A stretch of 63,746 nt of DNA, the filler included, from Octopus bimaculoides (lineage: Eukaryota), in assembly GCF_001194135.2 (NCBI RefSeq). It is 5 parts of 5 records of this genome, joined end to end, with 100 filler letters (N's around TTAATTAATTAA, not from the genome) between each part and the next. Parts side by side here need not be neighbours in the genome. Positions count along the whole stretch, not along the records: positions 46,309 to 59,203 come from NC_069000.1; positions 59,304 to 63,746 come from NC_068988.1; 3 more parts are not named here. The stretch is one strand, 5' to 3'. Below, one piece after another: positions 48,579-61,673 of this stretch. The translations under genes and the position numbers were made by a program. The notes under the pieces are model-generated. The model ran no database searches. It saw nothing but the letters and a program-made list of their open reading frames with translations, and was not told where the DNA came from. How positions within the stretch are numbered: position 1 is the stretch's first letter; every line of letters starts with the position of its first letter.

Positions 48579-50760
48579 ATACAGAGAGAGAGAAGACGAA
48601 AGAGAGATAGAGGGAAAAGAGGGTGAGAGAAGGAAAGAGCTATAGGGAGAGAAAGAGAGAGATAGAGAGACAGGGAGAGAGAGAGATTCTTATGTTTTTT
48701 TACGAGCAGAGTGGGAAGGCAATTTTAAACTACAGTGTACCATTTAAAATAGCTGCCTCGTTCAACGGTAATTGTGGTTGTTATATAACGTTGTTGTACG
48801 AGCAGCTTTATAAAATGGCTGCTTCTGTTGCAGCAACGATGCTGGTGAAGATGGCGATTGGCGTAATGGTGATAGTATTGGTTGATGTAGTGATGATGAT
48901 AATGGCTGTGGTCATGACGATAGTAGTGATGATAACGAAGAGGGGGTAATAATGGCAGCAGTAGCAACGATAGTTGTAGTAGGGATAGTAGTAGTAGTAG
49001 TAGTAGTAGATATTTCCTTCATATTGTTTGCTGTTGCCGTTTGTGGTGTAATGTTTGCTGCTGTTGTTACTGTGTGTCGGTTGTTATATTTGCTGTCGTT
49101 CTTCTTAAGAACACTGCCAACATCTTTGTCACGTTGTGACTGACTGCTTCACACTTATGAGTTAACACTATGAATATGTGTGCGCGTGCGTAGTTGTGGG
49201 TATGTGAGCGCGCGTGTATGTATGTGTGTGTGCGCGCGTGTGCGCGTGAAAGAAAGAGTAAAGAGAAAACAAGAGGGAGAGAGAGAGAGAGAAAAAGACC
49301 TTACCGCATGTTTTCGCAGAACATAACTGAGGTACTTTTCCTCAGCAATATATAAGTGTGTGTGTGTGTGTGTGTAGATAAATAGATATGTATGTATGAA
49401 TATAACATATATATGTATATATATAAATAAAACAATATATATATATGTATTCATGTAGACATATACATATTTTCTACGGTCCAGTAGCACAACTACGAAT
49501 ATTTACAATAACTTTACTCTAATTTTGTTATATAACTGTTTAATTTACTATTTTATACACTTGCGCACACTCATGTATAAGTATCTCTCTCTCTCTCTCT
49601 CTCTATCTATATGTGTGTGCATATATGTATAATTTTATATAAATAATATTTATATAAAATGTTGTTACTCTTCTGTCTCTATATTGAGTTCTTTATGCGA
49701 CTCGGTCTCCTCGGATGTAATCCGTGAACACACACACATACACACACACACATACATACATACATACATACATACATACATACATACATACAGAGAAAAT
49801 GAGAAAGGAGAGAAAGAGAGAGTATGTGTTGATGTGTGTGAATGTGTGTATGTGTGTATCAACATAGAAAACAAAATAGCACCACACCACCACCGCCACC
49901 ACCACCACCATCATCGTTGTTTGTCGTCTTCGTCGTCGTCACCATCATTAAGATCATCATCATCATCATCATCATCATCAGAATCGTCGTCGTCAGAGTT
50001 GGCGACGGCGGCGTCGTCGTCGAAAACAACTAAAGCCCGTTATACCTGCGACAGCCGCCGCCGTAGCTATACGAAGAATCATCGAAACCACTGCCGCTAC
50101 TCGTTGCCAAAACCATTACATTCACCACCACCACCACGACGACCACCACCACCACCACCATCACCACCACCACCGCCGCCACCACCACTACTAATACCAA
50201 CCACAGCGACCAGCACCAACAAACAGCANNNNNNNNNNNNNNNNNNNNNNNNNNNNNNNNNNNNNNNNNNNNNNNNNNNNNNNNNNNNNNNNNNNNNNNN
50301 NNNNNNNNNNNNNNNNNNNNNNNNNNNNNNNNNNNNNNNNNNNNNNNNNNNNNNNNNNNNNNNNNNNNNNNNNNNNNNNNNNNNNNNNNNNNNNNNNNNN
50401 NNNNNNNNNNNNNNNNNNNNNNNNNNNNNNNNNNNNNNNNNNNNNNNNNNNNNNNNNNNNNNNNNNNNNNNNNNNNNNNNNNNNNNNNNNNNNNNNNNNN
50501 NNNNNNNNNNNNNNNNNNNNNNNNNNNNNNNNNNNNNNNNNNNNNNNNNNNNNNNNNNNNNNNNNNNNNNNNNNNNNNNNNNNNNNNNNNNNNNNNNNNN
50601 NNNNNNNNNNNNNNNNNNNNNNNNNNNNNNNNNNNNNNNNNNNNNNNNNNNNNNNNNNNNNNNNNNNNNNNNNNNNNNNNNNNNNNNNNNNNNNNNNNNN
50701 NNNNNNNNNNNNNNNNNNNNNNNNNNNNNNNNNNNNNNNNNNNNNNNNNNNNNNNNNNNN

Positions 50761-50822
<62 letters not shown>

Positions 50823-51017
50823 CTCACTCTGAGTCTGTCACTGTATTTCTTCTCCCTCCTCTCTCTCGTTTCCTCTCACTCTACATAAACGCGCGCGTAC
50901 ACATACACTCATACATAGAGAGACAAAGGAAGCAACAGAATAATGGGTAGATAGAAAGTTAGATAAAGAGAGAGAAAAAAGAAAGAAAGAATGAGAGAGA
51001 AGGAGAGAGAGAGAGCT

Positions 51018-51048
<31 letters not shown>

Positions 51049-51607
51049 AGGAAAGAGAGAGAGAGAGAGAGAGAGGCGTATATAAATATAGTTATTTCGT
51101 TAATGAGAAATATACAGATTGCAAAAGATGAATAAATTTTTGCGTAATGTAGTCGGTGACATATTGTAGCATGTGTAGCACAGTGTGATGTTTAATGAGA
51201 ATTATGAGGGAAAGAAAACGAAATAGATGAGCAGTTATAATAGTTTTGGTCTTACATAAGATGACATATTTTAGAAATGCCCCTGGTGTGCTTGTTCTGA
51301 CGATAGCATTAACAACGAATAATGCTACTATTGTTGCTCTTCCTTCCCTCTCAACAACGTGAAGCTTGTTGTTTTTTTTTAGATGGTTGTTGTTGTGTTG
51401 TTATTCGTGGATGACTGATTCGGTCAAGCAATAAGCAGAACGCCTTATACGCTATTTACAGTCCCCATACGTTCGGAGTTCAAATCGCGCCGAATTCGAC
51501 TTTGCCTGATTCAATTATAAAATAATTTCCCGTCAAATGCAAAGGCCAATTTGATCATTAAACTATATCTTCTGTACAGAAAAAAAGAAAAGCAAAGAAA
51601 AAAAGGA

Positions 51608-52022
51608 GGCCTTGGTAGAATCATTAGCAACGCCAGACAAAAATGCTTTTCTTCCGGCTTTACATTACAATTTGAGTTCAAATGTCACCAAGGTGGACTT
51701 TGCTTTTTATTCTTTCGGAATCGATTTAAATAAATACCAGTTGAGTGCTGGAGTCGATGTAATCGATTAGCCGCCTTCCACCAAATTTCAGGTCTTGTGC
51801 CTGTACTAGAAAGGATTAGCTAGCAGAATCGTTAGCACGCTGGACGAAATGCCTAGCGGTATTTCGCCCGTCGCTATGTTCTGAGATCAAATTCCGCCGA
51901 GGTCAACTTTACCTTTTATCCTTTCGGGGTCGATTAAACAAGTACTAGTTACGAACTGGGGTCGATGTAATCGACTTAATCCCTTCCCCCAAATTTGAGG
52001 CCTTGTGCTTCCAGTAGAAGGG

Positions 52023-52066
<44 letters not shown>

Positions 52067-52420
52067 CAAGGCGGCGAGCTGACAGAATCTTTAGCACGCC
52101 GGACGAAATGCTTTTCGTCTGTCGACTTTGCTTTTCATCCTCTTCGGGGTCGATGAATTAAGTACTAGTGAAGTGCTGTGATCGACTGTCCCCCGCCCCA
52201 CAAAAATCCAGGCCTTGTGCCTATAGTAGAAAGGATTATTATTATTATTATTATTATCATTAAAGCGGCGAGCTGCCTTAATCGTTACCGCACCTGACAA
52301 AATGCTTAGTAGCATTACCTCCGACTTTACGTTTTGAGTTCAAATGGTACCGGGATTGACTTTGCCTTTTATCCCTTCGGATTCGATACAACAAAGTACC
52401 TGTCAAGTACTGGTGTCGCT
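51608..52420 (+). mobile_element. Four head-to-tail family A SINEs
   Basis: Copies start near 51608, 51818, 52069 and 52262; (ATT)n tails at about 52023-52066 and 52235-52260. Confidence 0.85.
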
Positions 52421-55400
52421 GGTAGATGGTAGATTCGCTTGACTGCGTCGAACAACGTATCTCATGATATTTAGCTGTTCTTTTGCATACTGAATTCATA
52501 TCCCATTCGAAGTGGATTTTTGCCTAAAGTACTACTTCAGTATTTTGGGTAAATTTATCCAGTTATATCAATCTCTTAAAAATTGTATCCTCTGTTAGAA
52601 ATTATTATTCTTGAAGATATGTCAATGTCATGATTATGAAAATAAAAGGGTCTCTGTTAGTTGTTAGACCAACTGCTACTTATTGGCTTGTTATTCCACA
52701 GACACATGCACCATAAACGTAATCCTCACGCAGAACCAATGTGATATATTAGACCTTTGAATTGTATGTACAATCTTTCCGATGGGTCCTTTACTGTTTC
52801 CATCTTCCTTATTTCAGTCACAACGCGTAGGTCTACTCGACGATGTGGTAAAATATACTAACTTAAGATACCAGGTGGTGAAATCAAACCCGGCATCTCG
52901 AAACGAGCTTTTTAAATATTCGGTTACGCAGCAGCAGCGATGATACACACACGCGCACGCATATAAAGTACGCAACTTCATATACTTAAATATTAATGGC
53001 ATAGCAAAGTTTGTATGCTTATTGAATATAACATGCTCTCTCTCCCGCTCTTTATATACACCCGGAAAAACACTCTTTCACACACATACGCACACGCTCA
53101 CACACGTGTACATACACGCACGCACACACGCGCGCACACACACATGTGCACGCTCATACACACACTTACATATACATACATATTACACACGGAAACAGCG
53201 TTATTACAGAAACAACTCCAGAATAGTTTGTTAATCGCCAGACAGTTATCCTCATCACGGATGATTAAGGAACTATCTGTACTTTTATTCGGAAACCATG
53301 CGTAATTCTCTGTAAATGAATGCATTTTATTACACCACCACCACCACCACCATTACCGTTCTATCAATACTACTATCCCGAATTCACTATCAAACCTTCG
53401 CCACTATCAGTATCAGTGTCCCACTACCACCAACTTCCTCAAAAAACACCACCACCATTATATAAACGAGACTACTACCATCTCTATTACTGCTACCACA
53501 ACCACCATTTATATCAACACCCGCTGCTGCCACCTCTGTCATCAGCACCGTTACCTCTACAAAACACCACCATTTATTTAAACGATCACTACTACAATCT
53601 CTGCTATAAATTCTTCTATTCACAATCAACCTCACCTCTCGTGTTTATCGAGGCGACCACCTAATCTTTTCTTTTTTACACTACCATCACTACCACCACA
53701 CCCTTCACGATCAACATCATCATGCATCGCATCTCTCTTCCTCTCTCTATCTCTCTCTCTCTTCCTCTCTCTATCTCTCTCTCTCTTCCTCTCTCTCTCT
53801 TCCTCTCTCTCTCTTCCTATTTTCATGCATACCGTACGTGCATGTGCATGTATGTATGTATGTATGTATGTATTGCTGCACTGTCTCGTCTGTTATGTGA
53901 AATGTCCACCGCCTTATATAAGACGGAACAAGAAAAACAAAAACAAAACGTAATGGCCGATGCTGTGTCAGTATCCAGCGGTATATATAGCAATAGCTAG
54001 CATTACACAGCTTCGTCTACATAACCCTCGACTGCCACCGATTTTTCTGCCTGTCCGTATCTGTCTGGCTGCCTTTCAGTCTCTGTCTCACACTATTTGT
54101 CTATCGCTTTCTCTCTGTTTTCTCTCTTACATTCAGACTGCTGTTACTTGGCTAGAATTAAAGTGGGGTGCCAGCCATGATATTTACCAGAGAGCCCATT
54201 ACTATTCAATAAAAAAAAAAATATGAAAAATACTGCATTACAGAAAACATAATTCTGTATCATAAATAGTGTGTAGTTGTTTGTGTGTGTGTGTGTGTGT
54301 GGGGGGGGAAGGGGTCTGTGCGTGCGCGCGTGTACAGTGAGTTGTCTATTACATATGCCAATTGAAAGAGTTTACCCGCATTCAGTGAGCTTTGTGAAAT
54401 TTGATGATATTGCATTATTTTTACGTATATTATTATCAGGGGAACCGACTTGGCAATCTACGGCCGAACCTTCATTCCTTGCATTATCGAGACAAACTTC
54501 TCAAACGTCAGCAACTTTCCCTCTAACAGAATCACTATCATCACCATCTACAGCAACAACGGGGACTTTCGACTCAGTTACTCGGCCTGCTGGAAACAGC
54601 AGCTTGCACACCACTTTGTCATACCTTATTGTCTTAAAAGAGGAAGAGCACATTGAATAATATTGTATTGGATGGATACTGCCTGCATAGTGACGCGGTG
54701 GTCACAGATAAGATTCCTTTAGTAACAGATCTGCTCAATCAGGGCTGACCCGGAGCGAAACGACAACTGCAACCATAAGCTAACGAGGGAGACGCGGTGC
54801 AATCGTCCCATTTCCAGCTTGATTCCCTCAATTCGACGCTACCATCTCAAAAAAAAAAAAAAAAAAAGGACAATATAGTTGCAGATATATAAACAGATGG
54901 GGTGGCCACGGCAGGAGCGCCTCTAATCATAGGTCTGGTTGATCAAAGCTGACTGGAGTCTAAGCTTCACTGGACACTAACATGTGCCATCGTCACATAC
55001 AGCGCCAATTGAAACTAGCAAAAAGCACAACCACCATCTCATTCGTCGTACTCTCACATGTTCATTGTAATACTGACACCTTCACCATCGAATTGGAACC
55101 ACCACCTACACCATCTTCATCCAATTACTCACATCCTCTCGAGTTTGTTAACAAATCTCTGCATTTAATAAGACTTATTTTAATGTTACTGCAGTGACTG
55201 ACCTTTCCCTCAATTCCTTCTGTTGCTACTAGAAATTACAGTTCTTTTAACTTATTTCTACATTTGTTATACTTAGTGCAATATAATGTGCTTATAAGTA
55301 CAGTTGCCACTGCCCGCAATTGTCCCCTGATCCCGTCTCCTCTACTGCTTCTACCACAGTCCATGTTCTTTACCTTAAATTTACATTAAGTAAACCTTAC

Positions 55401-56879
55401 TGTGTGCCTGCTTTGTGTGCCTGCTTTATTAGTTCAGTTACTAGCTAACCATGCTGTATGCTTTCTCATTCACTATGCATCATCATATACTGCAACAATA
55501 ACGGATTCTTTATAAATCTATTGCATTGCACGGCCATCCTCTTTTATACGAACGTACTCGCTACAAATACCAATCTTTTCAAACATTACAAACAATACTT
55601 AACTTTGGACATAACCATATAATAGAGTTCCCTCGACTAATACTAGGATCAAGGCGAAATTTTCAGAAAGTAGCAGAAATGGTAAATACTTCATTGTATC
55701 GACCCGAGTAGATTATTCATACTTAAAGAAGGGAAAGGAGAGAAATTCATGACCTGACCCGAGTATTTTACTGGTATTTAAAATGGACACATTATACTTC
55801 TTAATCGATCTGAATATTTTAGTAGCATTTGCTTCATCGATCAGAAGAACAGAAGGTAAATAGTACTGTAACTTCAAATTCTTTCGAATTATTATGTTGA
55901 AAGATGGACAGATGTTGACTTTGATCAAGGCTGCATAATTAATTACGATGGTAGGGGGGGGGGATCGTGATATGATGTTGTCTAGCAAACAAGACCACAT
56001 CTATAACAGTGGTGTGTGTGTGTGTGCTTGTGATGTTGAGGGGTTCATTATGTAAACGAGGTCACATTGTTATAATAGCTGGTGAGGTGACTGTGATGGT
56101 TATCAAGTTTATCTAAAAGACTTGCGAGAAATAGCAGCCAGATTTCCCTCTTAAAGAAACGGTATGTTGTTAAAAAAAAAAAGATGCTTATGTTAGAATG
56201 GCTTTGGTCATGGATGTGCTTGATTCAGGGCTGACCTGTGTTTAAACAACAACATGGAAATGAAACCGTCAACAGTGACCTCTTTCTTCAAACCACCCTC
56301 ATCAAAGTACACGAGATGTTTCATTGCGCTAGCTGCAAATTGTCTATTCTCTGATGGACGGTGGATACTACCATAAAAGCAGGGTTTATGGTACAGTTTC
56401 GAGTCTTAGTTATTTCCCTTAAACTCGCACTTCAAAGTGAAATAGTTGAAACCATTCTGTTGCAATACTTTCCCGACAGAAAGGAAGAATGACGGCTCAG
56501 GCTTTGGTAAAGCAACTCCTAGAAAACTTCTTTTGTGATTCGGTATGGTCGATCACTTTTTCAGAAGCTTATTTTATTTTGACTTTAACTATCAATTCTT
56601 TACAAGAAAAAAAAAAAGAAAAAAAATTTCTATCCATAAACACAATTTCAATTACGCTCATTCGAAATTGTTGGGGGAATAGATGGCTGGACTCCGATTC
56701 GAAGCTACTACCATTAAAAGCGTTAAGGTTGATACTGCACCGACATGATTCAAGTGAAGAAACGATTATGTTATGTATAAACGTAGATGTTTAATTGGTT
56801 TGTGTCATGTTGACGCTCGTAACATTAATGCTATAGTTCATAAACTTAGTGCTCTTTGACATATGAATTTTACTTGGTT

Positions 56880-56910
<31 letters not shown>

Positions 56911-56946
56911 TAACCAACCAGTCAATTAATCAATCAGTCAATGAAC

Positions 56947-56982
<36 letters not shown>

Positions 56983-57019
56983 TTGTGTATATAACATATA
57001 CGGTGTCTGTGTAAGTATG

Positions 57020-57143
<124 letters not shown>

Positions 57144-57719
57144 ATGTGTGTGTATATGTTTGTGTGTCTTTGTTTGTCCCCCTCAACATCGCTTGACAAC
57201 AGATGCTGATGCGTTTACGTCCTGTATTTAGCGTGTGTGTGTGTGTGTGTGTGTGCATACCAATCCAGCTGACATGGATCTTGTTATAAATTTTAATCAA
57301 GCACTACATTTTTCCATTGATTTCTGCCTATCTTTCATTTTCTCATTTATATTTTACCCCCGAATAAGCTTGCTATCTTTTCCCGACACAGTACATCACT
57401 AACTTCCCTTGAATTTTACAATTTTTCTATTCTACTATTTTCTTGTCTATTACCGCTATTATTGGATTTAACTACTAACATATATTATCCTTATTTAAGA
57501 TGCCTAGAAAGAGCCATCAAATAGAAATTAAAGTAGAATGTAAAAAAAAGCTTAACGTACAACTTAATCCCTTTACGCTGGACGTTAAACTTCGATCTTT
57601 TCTAAAAGTTTGATACGCTAGAAAAACTCTGCCATATTGTAACGTGTATGATACAAAAATATGTGACAATAAAGATAAATGTTTAAATAGCTATATCGGA
57701 GAAACTATCGGTACAGATA

Positions 57720-58460
57720 CAGAAGTGGCAAGTAATTATTCTGAGAAGCTGAAGAAAATTATTGTTGAAGGTGGCTACACAACAACAAATGTAAAATGTT
57801 GCTGAAACAGGGCTTTTCTGGAATCACCTGTTAGGACTTTTATTTCAAGTGAAGAACAATAAACTCCAACCTTTGAAGCTTCCAAAATTCGGCTAACGCT
57901 TCTTGTGATAGATATACTGCTGGTGATATTAAATTAAGACCTCTACTTGTATATCACTTTCAGAATCTAAGGACTTTGAAGGTCTATGTTGAGTTTAATC
58001 TCCATGAGAAGTGTTGTTTAAATAAAAATGGTTCGATGATTATGAAACTTTTCCAAGACTGATTTATAAAGATATAGTTCCAAGCATATTTCTAACGAAG
58101 CATTGTTCTTTTTAGACAATGCATTTAGATACCCATTAAATTTGAATAATATGTTTGATGTTAGACTGGAATATATCCCTAAGAACAGCACTCTCGGTAA
58201 TGGTTCAAAGTGTGATGGCTAACTTCAAGGTATATTATCTGAGAAAAACTTTGAAACAGTTCATAAAAGCAATTGATGGTGAGGATAAGCATGCAGTAAG
58301 AAACATCTAGAAAAATTCAACTCTGTGGATGCAGTAGATAACGACAAAGTGACGGGTTACAATAAAACCCTCAGCTATGAATGGTGTTTGGAAAAACCAG
58401 ACTGTATAATCATAATTATCCAAGAGCAGAGGATGTACATAATGTCCAAAAAGACAGTGT
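57720..58460 (+). mobile_element. Tigger/pogo (CENP-B/DDE_1) transposase remnant
   Basis: Frameshifted peptides LKKIIVEGGY, NVAETGLFW, RTFISSEE, ASKIRLTLL, AGDIKLRPLLVYH, LDNA and FKVYYLRKT. Confidence 0.85.
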
Positions 58461-59303
58461 GATACCAGTAAATGTTGCATAAAATTGTGTGGTTGAGTTG
58501 TTAGAGTTCCATAGATAATGTTCCTCTAAGGAGGATCTGATGTTGGTAAAATAAGAGCGAGTGGGGTGTTTCTAATGTGTGTTTGTAATGTCGTTGGATG
58601 TACTTAGAGTGTGATTTACTGTCTAGTTCTTGCACGTTGTTATTGTTTGATCCCGTGTCAGTTTCAATCGAGCGCGATTCGGTTTAAAAGGGCTTCCACG
58701 TTGCATTGTTTAATATATACAGAATTAACCAATCTGGCAAAGTTTTATATGCGGATTAACTCACGCAGGTTTTTTGCAAAGAATTCTTTGCATAAAAAGT
58801 GTTTGTTATTTTTTAAATCAACGCCATCATCGTCATCACTGCTCCCCATCTCATTCTATCTAAGTTTCTTATGCTTTCTTTATTTAGCTGTTCCAGAGCT
58901 TTCACACACACACACACACATGTAGGATAAAAGTTAATTCTCGGAAACTGGTTGTTGATCTGCGATGGCAAGCTATGTATTGTTGGTGAAATGTTTTCTT
59001 TCAGTTCTGTCTCTTTTTATTCTTTTATTTGTTTCAGTCATTTGACTGCGGCCATGCTGGAGCACCCGAGGCTATAGAAGAAGACATTTGCCCAAGGTGT
59101 CACGCAGTGGGACTGAACCCGGAACCATGTGGTTGGTAAGCAAGCTACTTACCACACAGCCACTCATCGCTGTATATATATGTATATATATATATATATA
59201 TATNNNNNNNNNNNNNNNNNNNNNNNNNNNNNNNNNNNNNNNNNNNNTTAATTAATTAANNNNNNNNNNNNNNNNNNNNNNNNNNNNNNNNNNNNNNNNN
59301 NNN

Positions 59304-59354
<51 letters not shown>

Positions 59355-59789
59355 TCTTGTTAGAAAACAAAAACTTTGTACCCCACAAAACTTACTAATA
59401 ATTCTTCAGTTTAATGTAAAATTGCTTTTATTATTACTTGATATAAAAACAAATATTAAATTTTGTATGTATGTGTACATGAGCCTGCTTGTGTAATTTT
59501 TCGTACTTTGTCTTTGTCTCACATACATTTGCCGACTTGTAAACAAAGCAACCACCTCACTGCCAAATACAGGTGCTGTTGTAGGAATGGGATTAGTGTG
59601 GACAGTGCATCCAAGCTTCATGACATGTCTAACATGTTGCACAATCTTTGTAAACAAAACATTTCATAAGTATGTCTGGGTTACTTGTTGTTTGATAAAC
59701 TAAGAAGATATTACTTTGTAAGGAAATATTAGGGTATTCAGAAAGTAATTGTGTCTTACCAGAAAGGATATAAAAACGAATGTAAATTA

Positions 59790-60230
59790 TGTCTATCTTA
59801 ATGTTTTAATCAAGAATGTAATCACCATCGTTTTCAACCAATGCAGCCTAACAGGAAAGTAACATTTTTATGTCATGTTCAAAGAAACATTTCTTTTCCT
59901 GGAAAAATATCTGAAAGATTGTTTTCAACTTCCTCTCTGTTTCTGAATGTTTTGCCTCTTATAAGATACTCTAGTGATCAGAACAAATGGGAATCCATTG
60001 GTGCTAAGTCAGGTGAATATGGAGGATGTGGAAGAAATTCCCATCATACTGATCTCTTTTTCTGAGGTCTGTTTTGAAGAGTGTGACCATACAGAGAATG
60101 ACACCTTTTCTGTTTACCAAAGCCAGCCACTTTCAGTGGAGATTGACTGAAGAGTCACACCAATTCACTTGAGAATTGGCCCAGTAGATGGGATGCTCTC
60201 ATGAGAACCATTGGCTGTCACCTCCGGATA
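59790..60230 (-). mobile_element. Mariner transposase C-terminal fragment
   Basis: Minus strand LVNRKGVIL...WEFLPHPPYSPDLAPMDSHLF*SL (mariner YSPDLAP motif). Confidence 0.85.
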
Positions 60231-60269
60231 TTGTGTCTTAAGATTATTATTATTTTTTTTTTTTTTGGT

Positions 60270-60503
60270 CACTCTCCAACAATTTGCATTCAACAATATG
60301 AAGCTGAAAATATGATTCAGTGAATCATTTGAGTCAAGACCCAGTGATTTCTACAGTCAAGGCATTGATAAGCTGGTGGAATGCTGGCAAAAAGTCTTGA
60401 ACAATGAAGGAGAAAATATCATTGATTGATTTGTTAAAATTATTGATGAAAAATAAGGATTAAAATAAATGAAAAAAATGAACGACTTTATCTGACAACC
60501 CAT
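60270..60503 (+). mobile_element. Mariner 3' end with TIR
   Basis: FESRPSDFYSQGIDKLVECWQKVLNNEGENIID* followed by TIR-like GAACGACTTTATCTGACAACCC. Confidence 0.8.
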
Positions 60504-60587
60504 TATATGTATACATATATATATATATTTACATGCATAAATGCATGCAAATATCTACATATACATACATTCATATGCACACACAAA

Positions 60588-60618
<31 letters not shown>

Positions 60619-60623
<5 letters not shown>

Positions 60624-61500
60624 GGTAAGTAAAACATTTTAAACACTCTTGTTTCTATAATTCATTAAAACAAAAGCAGGTTTTACATCATTTTTCGATA
60701 TAGTCTCCTTGCTTTTCAATGCATGTCTCCCAGTAGTCTACAAACTTGCTTATTTCATTGAAGGAGAAGGAACCTGGCATATGGTGCAGATTGCTGGTTT
60801 CAGTTTGCTGATCAGCATTTTAATGTATTTGACACTGGTGACTGTAGACCAGTTGCCCGAGTAGTGTTCTAGTAAAGCCCTTTTGTTGTCCCCAAAGGCA
60901 GTTAGCATTACATTTTCTGGGAAAGGTTGAGTCTTCAATTTCTTTTTTGCTAGTGATTCTGGGTGTTTCCACTCCATCCCCTGACTTTTGAATTCTGGCT
61001 CAGATTGATGGACCCAGATCTCATCTCTTGTGACTATACTCTTAAAAAAAACTTCACCGTCATTGTTGTAGTGGAGGAGTAAGTGTTGATAGATCTCCAA
61101 ACAATTGTGCGGTTGTCTTTCAGCCAGCTCTCTTGATACCTGTCTCACAAAGAATTAATGGAAGTGAAGCTTGTCATGGATGATTTCATATGCAGAACCA
61201 TGACTAATTTGCAGAGAACATGCCATGTCATCGATGGTCATTTGTTGGTTTGCCAGAACCATCTCTCAAGCTTGTTGAATCTTCACATCAGTGGTGGAGG
61301 GTGAGCAACACCCTGCTCCTGCTTTGTATTCACACTTGTCTGGCCTTTCTTAAACAACTTGATCCACTCATTCAAACTTCTACACAATAGAGCACTGTAT
61401 TGAAAACTTGTGATGTATTTCAATCCCTGATACTGCTTCGGACTAGAGAAAGCAGATCCCTGATCTCTGTTCTTCCTTGGTACACACATATACTCTGTTA
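60619..61500 (-). mobile_element. Decayed mariner transposase element
   Basis: Peptides LNEWIKLFKKGQTSV and FFKSIVTRDEIWVHQSEPEFKSQGMEWKHPESLAKKKLKTQP; TIR-like GAGGGTAAGTAAAAC at 60621 abutting (TA)n. Confidence 0.88.
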
Positions 61501-61637
61501 CAGGAGACTGGAGTGATCAAGGTCCAGTTATATAACCACAAGAGTACCACCTTTTAGCATGCAAGTACTGAAGGAAATGCAGCCAACCTAGATAAGATTT
61601 TGGGGAAGGTGCATATAATTTTTGACTACCCTTTGTA

Positions 61638-61673
<36 letters not shown>

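Noticed and set aside
51608-52420. CRISPR-like periodicity
   Set aside because: Units are about 200-bp degenerate SINEs in eukaryotic DNA; no repeat-spacer array or cas genes.
56476-56538. Peptide GSGFGKATPRKL resembling an SDR Rossmann motif
   Set aside because: Lacks the preceding hydrophobic beta strand and stops within a few codons.
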